DNA of 64,000 nucleotides from the human T2T-CHM13v2.0 reference genome, Homo sapiens, in NCBI RefSeq assembly GCF_009914755.1, contig NC_060931.1; one strand, written 5' to 3'. The notes under the pieces were generated by a model. The model had not been told where the DNA came from. It did not search any database and was given only the letters and a program-made list of their open reading frames with translations. Positions within the stretch are counted from its first letter, which is position 1, and the number at the start of each line of letters is the position of its first letter. Made by a program: the position numbers and the translations under genes. Shown here piece by piece: positions 19,721 through 43,830 of the stretch.

Positions 19721-19983
19721 CCAGATTTTTTAAAGCTGAAAAAAATTCATTTATCTCTAAATTTGCCATACAAGTAGTGTTAAAGTCCTTCAGGTTGAAA
19801 TAAATGAACTTTAGGCAGTAACTATATAAGTAAATAAGCAAGCTATATGAATATATAAAGCTCTTTGGTAAAGGTGAATACTTAAACATAAAAACAGTAT
19901 TATTATAATTTTGGTTTGTAACTCCGCTTTTTATTTTCTACAGAATTTAAAAGACAAATGCATAAAATATAATTATAAATCTG

Positions 19984-20051
19984 GTAGGTGGTATACAATG
20001 AATAAAGATAATTTGTTAGGTGGTATACAATGAATAAAGATATAATTTGTT
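19984..20051. repeat. ~33-bp tandem duplication within old L1-like AT-rich sequence
   Basis: TAGGTGGTATACAATGAATAAAGATA(TA)ATTTGT twice. Confidence 0.85.
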
Positions 20052-21023
20052 ACATCAATAACGTAAAAAGAGTAGAGCTATATAGCAGTAGAATTTTGGT
20101 ATGTGATAAGCTGATATAAATTCAAATTAGAATGTTATAACTCTGGGATGTTGTATGTAATTCTCATAGTGACCAAAAACGAAATATACATCGAATATAA
20201 ACAAAAGAAAATGAGAATAAAAACAAAACGTGTCACTACAAAAAAAAAACCTAAAGATAAAAGAAGTAAATAATTGAGAAAATTGACTGTCAAAAATCAG
20301 TAACTTTGACTTATTAAAACTTTCCATGCTACATAAATCTGAAAACTCTATTTCACATAAAACTGGAGCTGAAAGAGACAAATATTTACTTATACAGTTA
20401 AAAGTTACATAGGAAACAAACACTAATTTTTTTTAGAAAAAAATGTGAAAAGAGTAAAAATATGCCTTATACTATCATATAATTTCATGTTTTATAGCTC
20501 TGGGAAAATAGAAAATAAAATGTTCTCTTAGCATGAATCCTTCTGTGCCCCAAAAAAGCCCTATGGATTATACCATTATTACCTAAGAAGTCTATTCTCA
20601 AATGCAGCAGAGTGATAATTTTTACAAGGTAGATATTATTTTTAGATATGGAATAATATTGGTGATTTCAATTTTAATAACACTGGATTAAGATGAAATA
20701 ATGAGAAGATAAAGGTCCCTCAGCAACATGACTCACAAACATTTTCAAAAGCAGTAAGAATTTACATTAATTATCTTTTTAAAGTCAATAATCTACATTT
20801 TTAATGTATGCATATAGCATAGCTAATGTACTATTGCTGGGTCCATTTATTCAATGAATAATTGCCGCTATGTATCAGACATTGTTCTAGGCCTAGGAAT
20901 GGATACATAAGTGAACAAAGCAAAGATTCTGGTTCTTGTAGAGTTTCCATTAAAAGACCATTTAGTAAAATTTTCTTTCCCCCAAGTTTTAAAATCCGTA
21001 AGATCAGTTAACAACACGTATAA

Positions 21024-21329
<306 letters not shown>

Positions 21330-21777
21330 TGAGCCACCACACCCAGCCTTATTTTCTACAACTTTGATAACTTTAGCATATACCCCAAATCTGTAAGACA
21401 TAATATTATCATTCAAATGCAACTCATGGCTTCTCATTGTACTCTGACTTTCTCTAGCTTTTGAATTCTTGATTCTAATACCAGTTTTAAATCTGACACA
21501 AAAGCATGGGAGTTCTAATCAAAATCCAACCTTTTATCATAATAAAAACTATCAAGAAATTATTAGTAGAATTTAAGAAGGAAAATAAGCCTATTAACGT
21601 AATATTTTATGCCTATGGTTCCCCAACAAAGCCTCCAGCTTCTATTTAAATACGAAATGTAAAAGTCACTACTGGATCCACAAACAGGTCTATGGTAAAG
21701 AAATTTCTCCACCTAAACAGCTCCTTTTACATGATGTTACATGTTTCTATTGTTTTTTTCATTTTGGCAAATATTGA

Positions 21778-22125
<348 letters not shown>

Positions 22126-22317
22126 TAAAGTGCTGGGATTACAGGCATGAGCCATCACACCCCACTAGGTGTTCATGCTTTAATTGGGGAAAATATACAA
22201 TAAGCAAGTGAATTTTTAAAATGAGAACCGCAATCAGAGTTAAATGCTACAAAGACAATCTCACAGGAAGATGGGATGTAGAATATAAGGCTCTCAAACA
22301 GAATAATAAGAGAAACT

Positions 22318-22490
22318 AATATTTCTTATGATCTTTGTCTTTGTATTAGTGCTCAACTGAGTCTGCCGTGCTTCAGAAGCAGCCTTCATTTTATAAAATC
22401 TATTATTTCTCCTTCCAGTTTTTTCTCTTCCTCAAGCTTCCTTATCTCCTCCTGTTGAATCATTTTGAGATGCTCGAACTTGTCCTGCAG
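22318..22490 (-). pseudogene. SEPTIN14 pseudogene terminal exon, coding part
   Basis: Acceptor tttcacag| at 22491-22492; LQDKFEHLKMIQQEEIRKLEEEKKLEGEIIDF, frameshift, then MKAASEARQTQLSTNT. Confidence 0.9.
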
Positions 22491-23393
22491 CTGTGAAACC
22501 AATGTGCAGTTGTGACACCAAAGCACGATGTGGCTGAACACCCAAAAGAATAGGCTTTTTTCTGATTATCGAACACACCCAAATCATCACAGTAGAGCAT
22601 GATCTTAATAACAATCTGAAAAACTCAGGAGTTAAACACTCAGATATGGAATTTTTCTTTTCTTTCGTTTTTCCTTTTTTAAGATGAAGTCTCACTCTGT
22701 TGCCCAGGCTGGAGTGCAATGGCATGATCTCAGCTCACTGCAACCTCTATCTCCTGGTTCAAGTGATTCTCCTGCCTCAGCCTCCTGAGTAGCTGGGACT
22801 ACAGGCATGCACCACCACGCCCAGCTAATTTTTGTATTTTTAGTAGAGACAGGGTTTCACCATGTTGGCCAGTCTGATCTCGAACTCCTGATCTCAGGTG
22901 ATCCTTCCACTGTGGCCTCCCAAAAACTCTTTTTTTTTTTTAATATAGAGACAAGGTCTCACTATGTTGCCCAGGCCGGTCTCAAACTCCCAAGCTCAAG
23001 TGATCCTCCCACCTCAGCTTTCCGAAGTGCTGGGACTAACTGGATGCAGTGGCTCATGCTTGTAATCTCAGCACTTTGGGAGACCAAGGCGGGAGGATAC
23101 AGATACAAAATTAGCCAGGCGTGGTGATGCATGCCTGTAATCCCAGCTACTTGGGAGGCTGAGGCAGGAGAATCACTTGAACCCAGGAGGCGGAGGTTCT
23201 GGTGAGCCAAGATTGCACCACTGCACTACAGCCTGGGCAACAAGAGCGAAACTCTATCTCAAAAAAAAATTGCATATCTTGACACAAATGAAGATAAAAA
23301 ACAACATATCAATAGTTACGAGATACAGCAAAAGCAGTTTAAGTTCACTCTCAATAAATGCCTACATTAAGAAAAAAGAAAAAGATCAAATAA

Positions 23394-23752
<359 letters not shown>

Positions 23753-25474
23753 TCAAAAAAAAAAGCAAAAATCATAGCAGAAATAAGTAAGCTATACAAC
23801 AAAAATAAGAGAAACAACAGCAAAAAAATTAGTGAACTAAATCTGTTTTTAAAAGATAAACAACCCTTAGAAAAACTAAGAAAAAAGAGAAAACTCAAAC
23901 AAATAAAATCAGAAATGAAAGGTGATACATTACTGCTGATACCAAAGAAATACAAATGATGAGACTACTATGAAAAATTATAAGCCAATAAAATTTGATA
24001 ACCTAACAAAGAAATTGGATAAACTTTGTTAATAAACTCCTATAACCACATAATCTACAAAGATTGCATCATGAAGAAACTGAAAATCTGAAAAGACTAC
24101 TAATAGGTAAGGAGATTTAATCAGTAACAAAAAATGCTACCAAAGAAAAGGTAGTACTAGGTGACTTTTCTGGGGAAGGCTACAAAACATTTAAAATTGA
24201 AATAGTAGGCCAGGTGCAGTGGCTCATGCTTGTAATCCCAGCAGTTTAGGAGGCTGAAGCAGGCAGATCACTTGAGCTCAGGAGTTCAAGACCAGCCTGG
24301 ACAACATAGTGAGACCCCATCTCTACTAAAAGTACAAAAAAAATCCAGGCAGGGTGGTGCATGCCTGTGGTCCCAGCTACTCAAGAAGCTGAAGTGGGAG
24401 GATCACTTGGGCCTGAGAAATGGAGGTTGCAACAAGCTGAGATAGCACCACTTCACTCCAGCCTGGGTGACAGAGTGAAATCTTGTCTTAAATAAATAAA
24501 TAATATGGAAATAGTACAAAAATACATCCCAAACTCTTCCAAAGAATTGGAGAGTACGCTTCTTCTTTTTCTTCTTATTTTTGTTTTTTTTGAGATGAAA
24601 TCTCGCTCTGTTTCTAAGGCTGGAGTGCAGTGCAGTGGTGTGATCTCGGCTCACTGCAACTTTCACCTCCTGGGTTCAAGTGATTCTCCTGTCTCAGCCT
24701 CCTGAGTAGCTAGGATGACAAGTGTGCACCACCACGCCTGGCTAACTTTTGTATTTTTAGTAGAGATGGGGTTTCATCATGTTGGCCAGGCTGGTCTTGA
24801 ACTCCTGACCTGAGGTGATCTGCCTGCCTTGGCCTCCCAAAGTGCTGGGATTACAGGCATGAGCCACCATGTCCGGCCAGGATAATACACTTCTAAATGC
24901 ATTTGAAGAAGACATTATTACTCTGATACTACAGCCAGAAGAGGACACTATGAGAAAAAAAAAATATAGGCCAACATTTGTGATAAGCAAACTAGCAAAT
25001 CCTCAACAAAATACTAGCAAACTGAATTAGATCGCACATTAAATACCAGATAGTCCAAGTGGAATTTATTCTTGTAATGCAAGGATGATTCAACTACACA
25101 AATCAATAAATGTGACCACATGCAGAAAAACAAAATTAGATCTTTATCTCAAACCATATGCAAATCTCAACTCAAAATGGATGAAAGACTTAACTGCTGT
25201 AAGATCTAAAGCTGTACAACTACTTTAAAAACTTAGGGATAAGTTCCTTAACTTGGTCCGAGCAATGATTTTTTGGATACAAACTCCAAAGCATAGACAA
25301 CATAAGCAAAAACGGACAAATAAAATTATATCAAACTAAAAAGCTCCTGCACAGCCAAAAAAAAAATCAACAGAGTAAAGAAAAGAACCATGAAATGTGA
25401 GAAAATATTTGCGAACCATACATCTGATAAGGGGTTAATGCCCAAAATATACAAGAACTCAAACAATTCAATAG

Positions 25475-25651
<177 letters not shown>

Positions 25652-25828
25652 TGAATAGCTGGGACTACAGGTTTGTGCCACCACATCTGGCTAATTTTTG
25701 TATGTTTAATAGAGACAGGGTTTCACCATGTTGGTCAGGCTGGTCTTGAACTCCTGACCTCAAATGATCTGCCCACCTCCTGACCTCAAATGATCCGCCC
25801 ACCTCAGCCTCCCAAAGTGTTGGAATTA

Positions 25829-27754
<1,926 letters not shown>

Positions 27755-28382
27755 AAGACATAAAAGGCAAATAGGGACATGAAAAAATATTCAACCTCAT
27801 TAATCATCAGAGAGATGCTAATTTAAACCACAATTAGATGGCACTTCATATCTGTTAGAATGGCTATTACCAAAAAAAGAAAGATAAGTGTTTACAATAA
27901 TGATTTTATAAAATGTTGATGAAAATGTAAATCAGTACAGCTATTATGAAAAACAATATGGGAGTTCATTAAACAATTGAAAATAGAATAACCGTATGGT
28001 TCAGCAACCCCACTAATAGTTACATATTCAAAGGAAATAAAATCAGTATGTCAAAGAGATATCCACACTTTCATGTTTATTGCAGCATTAATTAACAGTA
28101 ATCAAGATATGTAATCAATCCTAAGGGACCACATAGTTGAGATATCAAAAAGAAACTAATCCCCAGAAAGAAAGAAAAAAAAGAAGCAGACGTACAGGAA
28201 TAAGGTTCATAACTAAGGGAAGTGAGGTGGGAGAGAAAGAGAAAATTTAAATGGTTGCTTTGGTTTCTGCTCACTTTCTAGTTTCAGTTTAAGTCTTCAT
28301 GAGATTCAGCTATGCCTCTTGTTCTTGGATGCCATGACATACCCCTGTATACATCCAGACTTTTCCTTTGTACCTAAGCTAA

Positions 28383-28734
<352 letters not shown>

Positions 28735-29372
28735 TAGCGCCTAATTACCAATTTATTTTTATGAAAAAGGAAGTTCATGTTCCAATTTACCTAACAACAC
28801 TAAATGTTCTTAAACTAAAGCCACCTACACTTGAGAGAAAGAAATTATGGTTTCAAAAATGTCTTCACCAAAAATGTATTTGTGGCAATTAAAACTATAT
28901 TAATAGCCTTCTTTTCCATTTTATTAGAAATGGCATGGAATAAAATAATTTACCAACTTAAAATTTTCTCATTAATCAAGGCCAGCATTAGTCAACATTT
29001 GCTTATTTATAAAAGTGAAGACAATTTTCTAGTGCATTAATAGCATTAGACAGTACAAGACTCTTCTCAAAAGTAAATAGCTTGGGTTTGTCACAAATTA
29101 AACTTTGTGCATGAAAATTTAAATTATAAATAAAATAAATAAATTTTTATAAAATGATCTTAAGGGTTATTTAAATGGAAAATTATCTAAGTTCTCTTGA
29201 AAAAACACTACAGACTATACTTTTGTAAAGGCTATATTCCAATCTACATGGTAAAAAGTTACTTTTTGAAAAACAGCAAGTATCCTCCAAAAACTAAACT
29301 CTTGAGATTAAACCCCCAAATTAATTGGGCACCTAAAAATTAGTGCAAATTATATCCAACTTCAGTACTGAC

Positions 29373-29504
29373 TTCTTTTTGGCTTCTTTAAATGTTGCTT
29401 CTTTCTCCTTGACTCGCTGCATAAATCTCTGTTTCAACTCTTCTTCTTGCCTCTGACATTGATCATAGAACTCTTGTCTTTTGGCTTCAGAGATTTCTTG
29501 AAAA
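29373..29504 (-). pseudogene. SEPTIN14 pseudogene penultimate exon (132 bp)
   Basis: ctctttag|..[41 protein letters not shown]..|gtcagt; one base short of phase at the 3' end. Confidence 0.9.
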
Positions 29505-30574
29505 CTAAAGAGAAATGTTTTCTTAGTCTTATATTAAAATGAGGTAGGAGAATCGCTTGAACCTGGGATGAGGAGGTTGCAGTGAGCCAAAATTGTGCCA
29601 CTGCACTCCAGCCTGGGAGACTGAGCAAGACTCCATCTCAAAAAAAAATAATGCTAGTATAAACATGTAAAAAATATGTATTGTATGTAACGTCCTATAT
29701 AAGGAAATCTGCCAACATTCTCTCATGTTTAGCAGCACAAAATGGAAATTTCCATATCATAAGATGTAAAAACCAAGGCATAATACTTAAGATCAGAGTA
29801 TATAGAGAGTATATGTAAAGAATACTAGAATTTTCCAACACTTGTATGAGTGAATTCTTATCCCCACCACTTTCCAGCATATCATACTTCTTCACATCTT
29901 TTGACAATAAAATTCAGGGAAACCTCTAATGTATGGGACAATTTTCAAAAATAGTCTAAAATAAAGCAAAGAGTCTTTCAAAATATTATTCATTTAAGAT
30001 AGTCAAATTTTTAGTGTCTGCAGAGAACAACAAATGATATAACTGGATTATATACACTACAGTGCCATATTTTTGCAGCACGAGTCCTACTTGTGTTTTT
30101 TTTTTTTTTTTGAGGCAGAGTCTTGCTTTGTTGCCCAGGCTGGAGTGCAGTGGCATGATCTTGGCTCACTGCAACCTCCGCTGACCAGGTTCAAGTGATT
30201 CTCCTGCCTCAGCCTCCAAAGTAACTGGGATTACAGGCGCCCGCCACCATGCCCGGATAATTTTTTTTGTATTTTTAGTAGGGACAGGGTTTTACCATGT
30301 TGGCCAGGCTGATCTTAAACTCCTGACCTCAGGTGATCTGCCTGCCTCGGCCTCCCAAAGTGCTGGGATTACAGGCAGGAGCCACCGCACCCAGCTGTAT
30401 TCTTCTTCAAGTTAGAGAAGTACACCTGCTCTCAAACTTTTCTCATTTAACTTCCAGGACACTGCACTACAGCTTTTCAGCTGGTTCCTCCATCAAACTC
30501 TTCTTAATATCTTTTGTCAAACTTTACTAATATTTTTCTACCTTTTTCTTTATCTTTTTTTTATTTTGAGATGA

Positions 30575-30757
<183 letters not shown>

Positions 30758-31176
30758 TAAGCTGGTCTTGAACTCCTGACCTCAGATGATCCGCACGCCT
30801 CGGCCTCCCAAATTGTTGGGGTTACAGGCATGAGCCACTGTGCCCAGCCTATCCTGTCTTTCATATAATAAATATACCTTTCATATAAATACAAAAAATA
30901 GAATACTAGGTTTTTTCTTTGATACACATTTCAGCTTATATACATATTGTATACACATATTTCAGCATAAAAATGAGATCTCACATTGTGTTTTTCCTAC
31001 TAACTATCTCTATCTTCATCAAAAGATGATAAAAACACCTAACATTCAAGATGTTTTCTTTAGGATGGTTCAAGATGGGAGAAGTATAATTATTCTCATG
31101 CCCAAATTATTGTACCTTGTGTTTGTAGGGGACTCCTAAATTATCCATTTGGTTGTGTTAGCAATATTTTACTCAC

Positions 31177-31338
31177 CTAACTGGCTGGTTCCCACATCTG
31201 CAAAGCCCATTTTCTGCAGTTTTTGGTACCTATAACATTCATAGTGCTGAGTGTGGGTTTTTTCTTTTAGATTTTCCATATTGGTACAAAGAAGCGTATC
31301 TCAGAGCTTAATGAAGTCACAGTGATTTTCATTTTCCA
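31177..31338 (-). pseudogene. SEPTIN14 pseudogene exon (septin unique element, 162 bp) with premature stop
   Basis: tactag|[49 protein letters not shown]..|gtgagt; TGA at 31303-31301; small frameshifting deletion near the 3' end. Confidence 0.92.
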
Positions 31339-33304
31339 CTAGTAAAAAAATAATAATGAATCAACCACACTCATTATCAATCCCTGACAATCATGAATGA
31401 ATGAAATCATGAAATAATGAATGAATACATGAGTAAAAAACACATTTAAAACAACACACAACTGAACAATTTGATTAATAGCTATAATTCTTTAAACCAT
31501 GTAAGTGTGGTTGTACTACACATACCAACTATAGGCAGAGATTATTTATAGGTTAGCAAATTTGCTTTAAAGTTATTACCTGAAGAATAAGCAGGAAAGA
31601 GTGAAATATTTTATATGTATATATGCTACAGGTTTTGGTTAACAATTGTGTTGTATGTTATAAACTACCTCTGGGTATTTTGGAGTGCTAACAGAATATG
31701 TAATATAACATCACTAGTGTAAATAATTTTATCAAAGTAAATTCTGCTAGCAAAAAGGCCTTACAATTATACATACTTTAGTTGGAAAGATATTCCATGC
31801 AATTAGAAACTAAAAGAGGGAGCACAGAGAGCTATATTCCCATCACAGAAGATAGACTTTAAGTCGAAAACTGTAAAGTGATATGAAGAAGGTCATATAA
31901 TGATGAAGAGGTCAGTTCATTAAAAAAAATTGTAAATATATATGGACCCAATATCAGAGCTTCTAAATATATAAGGCAAATATTAACAGACCTGAGGGGG
32001 AGATAGACTATATTACAATAATAGTAAGAAACTTACATACCCTACTTTCAGAACTGGATAGATTATCCAGCCAGAAAATCAGTAAAAAAAAAATGTGAGA
32101 TTTAAACTACACTTTAGACCAAACAGACCTAATGGACATATGTGGAATATTTCATCTGACAGCAATGTAATACACATACTTCTCAAACAAACCCAAGACA
32201 TTCTTCAGGACAGATTATATGTTAGGCCACAAAATAAGTCTTAATATATTTTAAAAGACTGAAATAAAAATGTGAGTGCAGATGTCTTTTGACAGATCAA
32301 TTTCATTCCACTAGGGTACATACCCAGAAGTGGTACTGCTGGATCATACAGTAATACTATTTTTAGTTTTTGAGGGAACGTTTATATTATTTCCCAAAAT
32401 GGCTGTACCAACTTAAATTCCCACCAATGATGTTTAAGAATTCCCTTTTCTCTTGGGAATGTATATAAACTGCTGGTGGGAATATAAATTAGTTCAGCCA
32501 TTATGAAAAGTAGTTTGATAATTTCTTTCTTTCTTTTTTTTTTTTTTTAAGACAGAGTTTCACTCTTGTCACCCAGGCTGGAGTGTAGTGGTACGATCTC
32601 AGCTCACTGCAACCTCTGTCCTCCTCTTGGGTTCAAGCGATTCTCCTGCCTCAGCTTCTCGAGTAGCTGGGATTACAGATATCCACCACCACGCCCAGCT
32701 AATTTTTGTATTTTTAGTAGAGACGGAGTTTCACCATGTTGACTAGGCTGGTTTCAAACTCCTGATCTCAGGTGACCCGCCCTTTTCAGCCTCCCAAAGT
32801 GCTGGGATTACAGGCATGAGCCACCGTGCCCAGCCTGACAATTTCTTAATGAAGTTAAAACAGAACTACCATTTGACCCAGCAATCCCATTACTGGGTTT
32901 ATACCCAAAGGAATATATATTGTTCTACCATAAAGACATAGGCATGTGTATCACAGCACTATTCACAATAACAAAGACATAGAATCAACCTAAATGCCCA
33001 TCAGTGGTAGACTGGATAGAGAAAACATACATATACACCATGGAATACTGCACAGCCATAAAAAAAAAGAACAAGATCGTGTCCTTTGCAGCAACATGAA
33101 TGAAGCTGAAGCCATTATCCTAAGTGATGTAATGCAGGAACAGAAAACCAAATATCACATACTCTCTTTTATAAGTGGGAGATAAATATTGAGAACACAT
33201 GAACACAAACAGAGGAACAACAGACACTGAGGCCTCCTTGAGGGTGGGAGGAGAGTGAGGATAGAAAAACTACTATGTTTTTCCTTTTTTTTTTTTTTTT
33301 TTTT

Positions 33305-33333
33305 TTTTAGTATACGTGCTGCCGAAGCGAGCA
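33305..33333 (-). pseudogene. U6 snRNA 5' fragment (nt ~2-30) retroposed in an Alu tail
   Basis: Minus strand TGCTCGCTTCGGCAGCACGTATACTAAAA vs U6 GTGCTCGCTTCGGCAGCACATATACTAAAA (1 mismatch). Confidence 0.9.
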
Positions 33334-33622
33334 TTTTTTTTTTGTTTTTGAGATGGAGTCTCGCTCTGTTGCCGAGGCTGGAGTGCAATGGCACAATCTC
33401 GGCTCACTGTAAACTTGTAACCTCCGCCTCCCAGGTTCAAGAAATTCTCCTTCCTCAGTCTCTTAAGTAGCTGGGATTACAGGCGCACGCCACCATGCCC
33501 GGCTAATTTTTGTATTTTTTAGTAGAGATGGGGTTTTGCCATGTTGGTTAGGCTCAGGTGATCCACACGCCTCGGCCTGCCAAAGTACTGGGATTACAGA
33601 CTCGAGCCACTGCGTCCAGCCA
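33334..33622 (-). mobile_element. AluS hosting the U6 fragment in its A-tail
   Basis: Alu dimer; TSD-like TACTATGYTT at 33271-33280 and 33624-33633. Confidence 0.85.
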
Positions 33623-34043
33623 GTACTATGCTTATTATGTGTGATGAAGTAATCTGTACACCAAACTCCCATGACATGGAATTTGCCTACATAACAAACT
33701 TGCACATGTACCCCTGAACATAAATACAAATTTTTTTAAAAAAGAATTCTCTTTTCTCCATATGCTTGCCAGCACTTGTTATCGTTTGTCTTTTTGATAA
33801 TAGTCATTCTAACAGACATGAGATGATACTTCATCATGTGTTTAATTCACATTTTCCTGATGATTAGAGATGCTATTTTTTTCATATTTCTTTTGGCCAT
33901 TTGTGTTTCTTCTTTTGAGAAATGCCTATTCAGATCCTTTGCCCATTTTTCCTTGTGTTGTTTTCTTGCTATTGAGTTGTTAGAGTCACAGCAAAAGTAT
34001 TGTATATTTTGGACATTAACCCCTTATCAGATGTATAATTTGA

Positions 34044-34452
<409 letters not shown>

Positions 34453-35048
34453 TAATTGTCATGACCAATGTCATGGAGGTTTTCCCCTATGTTTTGTTCT
34501 AATAGCTTTACAATTTTAAGTATTGAGTTTAAGACTTTTATGCATTTTGAGTTGATTTTTGTGCATGCTGTGAGATAAGAGTCCAATTTTATTCTTCTGT
34601 GTGTGAATATCCAGTTTTATCAATACTATTTATTGAAGAGACCATACTGTGCCCAGTATATGTTCTTGGCACCTTGGTCAAAAATCAATTGACTATACTT
34701 AAGTTTATTTATGGGCGTTCTATCCTGTTATGTTGATTAATGTGTCTGTTTTTATGCCAGTGCCATGCTGTTTGGATTACAATTGCTTTATAATATATCT
34801 TGAAATCAAGGAGTACAATACTTTCAGCTGTGCTGTTTTCTGCCAAAATTGTTTTGACTATGCAGGGTTTCTTCTAGTTTTGTATAATTTTAGGATTTTT
34901 TTCTACTTCTGTGAAAAATGGCTTAGGAATTTTGATAGGAATGGTATTAAATCTGTAGAGCACTTTGTGTAGTATGGACATTTTAACAATATTATTTCTT
35001 CTAATCATGAACATGGGGTAACTTTCTATTTATTTGTGTCTTCTCCAA

Positions 35049-36260
<1,212 letters not shown>

Positions 36261-36324
36261 AACTCTGTCTCAAAACAAACAAAAAAAACAAAACAAAACA
36301 AAAAAAAAAAAGAAAGAGGAACTG

Positions 36325-36398
36325 TGTTTTTTGCCATTACTTTTAATGCCATAACTTCTAATAGCAAAAACTGCAACTATTTTTGCACCAACCTAATA
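36325..36398. mobile_element. MADE1 (Hsmar1-derived MITE), partial
   Basis: TTTTTGCCATTACTTTTAATG..GCAAAAACTGCAACTATTTTTGCACCAACCTAATA. Confidence 0.8.
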
Positions 36399-36399
36399 G

Positions 36400-41732
<5,333 letters not shown>

Positions 41733-43733
41733 TCACCCATGCTAAAATTACTATTATCAATAAGACAAACAAGTGCTGGTAAGGATGTGGAAAAAAGGGA
41801 ACCCTTGTACACTGTTGGTGGCAATGTAAATTAGGACAGCCATTATGAAAAACAGTATGGAGCTTCTTCAAAAAATTAAAAATAAAACAACTACCATATG
41901 ATCCAGCAATCACACTACTGGATATATATACCTCCCCAAAATGAAGTCAGTATGTCAGAGAGATACCTACACTACCATTACTCACAAGAGCCAAGATATG
42001 GAAGCAATCTAAGTGTCCATGAATGGATGCATGAAGAAAAAATGTGTGGTATATATATGCAATGGAATACTATTCAGCCTTACAAATCAGGAAATCCTAT
42101 CATTTGCAGCAACATGGATGGAACTAGAGGACTTTACACTAAGTGAATATGCCAAGCACAGAAAGACAAATAGTAAATGATCTCACTAACATATCAAATT
42201 TTTAAAAGTTAAACTTATAGAAACAGAGAGTAGAATGCTGGTTACATGAGTTAGGTAGAGGGTATAGTAGGAGAGATGTTAGTCAAAGGATACAAACTTT
42301 TAGTTAGATAAGAACAAGTTAAAGAGATCTATTGCACAACATAGTGACTGTGTTAATAACAATATTTTATACTCTTGAAAATTGCTAAGATAGATGTTAA
42401 GCTTTCATCACAAAAATAATTGAGATAACACATGTTAATTATATCAATTTAGCCATTCCACAATGTATATGTATTTCAAAACATCATGTTGTACATGATA
42501 AGTACATACAATTTTATTTGTCAATTAAGATTAATTAATGAAAAATAATTTGTATGGCTCTCTCCTGTGTTTATCATGTCCAGAAGATTGATAATATATG
42601 GTTTATTGTGATTAATACTATGACCAAATTTTATACATCAACATATAGTACAGATATATATTTTATAACACATACTAATATATAATACAACATAATATAT
42701 ATTAAAACATTAAGTTTATATATTAAAACATTAAGTTAAACAAAAGTTTAACAAATTTTAAAATTTTTAATATGTCATTTTTTGAAAAACATCATTTGGG
42801 GCTGGGCATGGTGGCTCATGCCTATAATCCCAGCACTTTTAGAGGCCAAGGCAAGTGGATCACCTGAGGTCGGGAGTTTGAGATCAGCCTAATATGGTGA
42901 AACCCTGTCTCTACTAAAAATACAAAAATTAGCCAGGTGTGGTGGCAGGCACATGTAATCCCAGCTACTCAGAAGGCTGAGGCAGGAGAATCACTTGAAC
43001 CTGGGAGGCGGAGGTTGCGGCGAGCCAAGATCGTGGCACTTGCACTCCAGCCTGGGTGACAAGAGAAAAATCTGTCTCAAAAAACAAACAAAAAAACCAA
43101 AAATATCATTTGGAAACCAGTACAAGTAGAAATCTTCCATTCCCCAATAATTAGTACCATAACTATATGAACAAGATAATAAATTACTGCTTACTACACT
43201 ATTCTAACTCATTATGATGCTAAATAATAATATAAATGTCAAAGGTATAATCTTTAGCCAAAGGTAAATTGTACTTTGTTTTAAAAAGTTTATCACTCTT
43301 TTTTCTAGTGACCAGTTTAAAATGGTTTCTACATTAGCTAGCAATGAGTTTATGCAACACATCTACACACTAGTATTTTTGCTTCCATTTTGTTTAAAGT
43401 GCTTTCCAGCATTCTCAATGTCATAATTTATACAAAGACAGATAATATGCACGTGGCACATTGGGAGCATTGGGATAAACAAAGAGGTTCTTCCCAGCCT
43501 CTGGAGATTTTGGCTTAAAGCAGCGTTCAGCAGACTTCTATGAGAATGAGTCATTGTCACAGTAAGCATTAATTTACATAAAACAGAGTTTGCATTCCTC
43601 ATTAGTAATTGTTAACTTACAGATTAGCAAGAGTTACCAATATTAGCTCAATTTAAAATGTTACTTTGAGACTACAAATGATACACATATATTTAACTTA
43701 ATCATTCCAGAGTCTGCCCTCTTTCATATTTAC

Positions 43734-43830
43734 CTTGCAAAACTCCCCAAGGGTAGTAACAGCCTCTGACCATCCTTTTTCCAACTTTCACTTCAACCAT
43801 ACTCCCTACCACAGCAAACGGTAACAGTCC
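43734..43830 (-). pseudogene. SEPTIN14 pseudogene exon (97 bp), open
   Basis: ttttctag|[32 protein letters not shown]|gtaaat. Confidence 0.93.

Larger units (their letters stand above)
17289..19722 (-). pseudogene. SAPCD2P4: Processed pseudogene of SAPCD2 (CDS homology 19636->18464, plus 5'UTR and partial 3'UTR)
   Basis: Intronless; several frames together rebuild SAPCD2: AERGRV..APSTEGLPRA.LQSL.TLF, VA.ASGYLTFERFVAGLRT, RTVLERKP, HTI.SG.DCGLLKQ, SPRPLGRLLPKVQEVA, QQQTILML.EQNRLLTQEVTEKSERITQLEQEKSALIKQLFEARALSQ; ATG at 19636, TAG at 18464-18466; multiple frameshifts. Parent gene is secure; the paralog number P4 is from memory and unverified. Confidence 0.92.

Noticed and set aside
16810-19722. 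SAPCD2 mRNA-L1 template-switch chimera
   Set aside because: No enclosing TSD, and the L1 piece looks older than the retrocopy; a rearrangement junction is simpler.
17095-19777. Long overlapping GC-rich ORFs on both strands (e.g. 265 aa at 18874-19671, 215 aa at 19086-19733)
   Set aside because: Explained by the frameshifted SAPCD2 retrocopy and low stop frequency in GC-rich DNA; several begin at non-ATG codons.
25770-25805. Internal tandem duplications within Alus (also ~62590-62690)
   Set aside because: Ordinary slippage or unequal exchange inside Alu elements.
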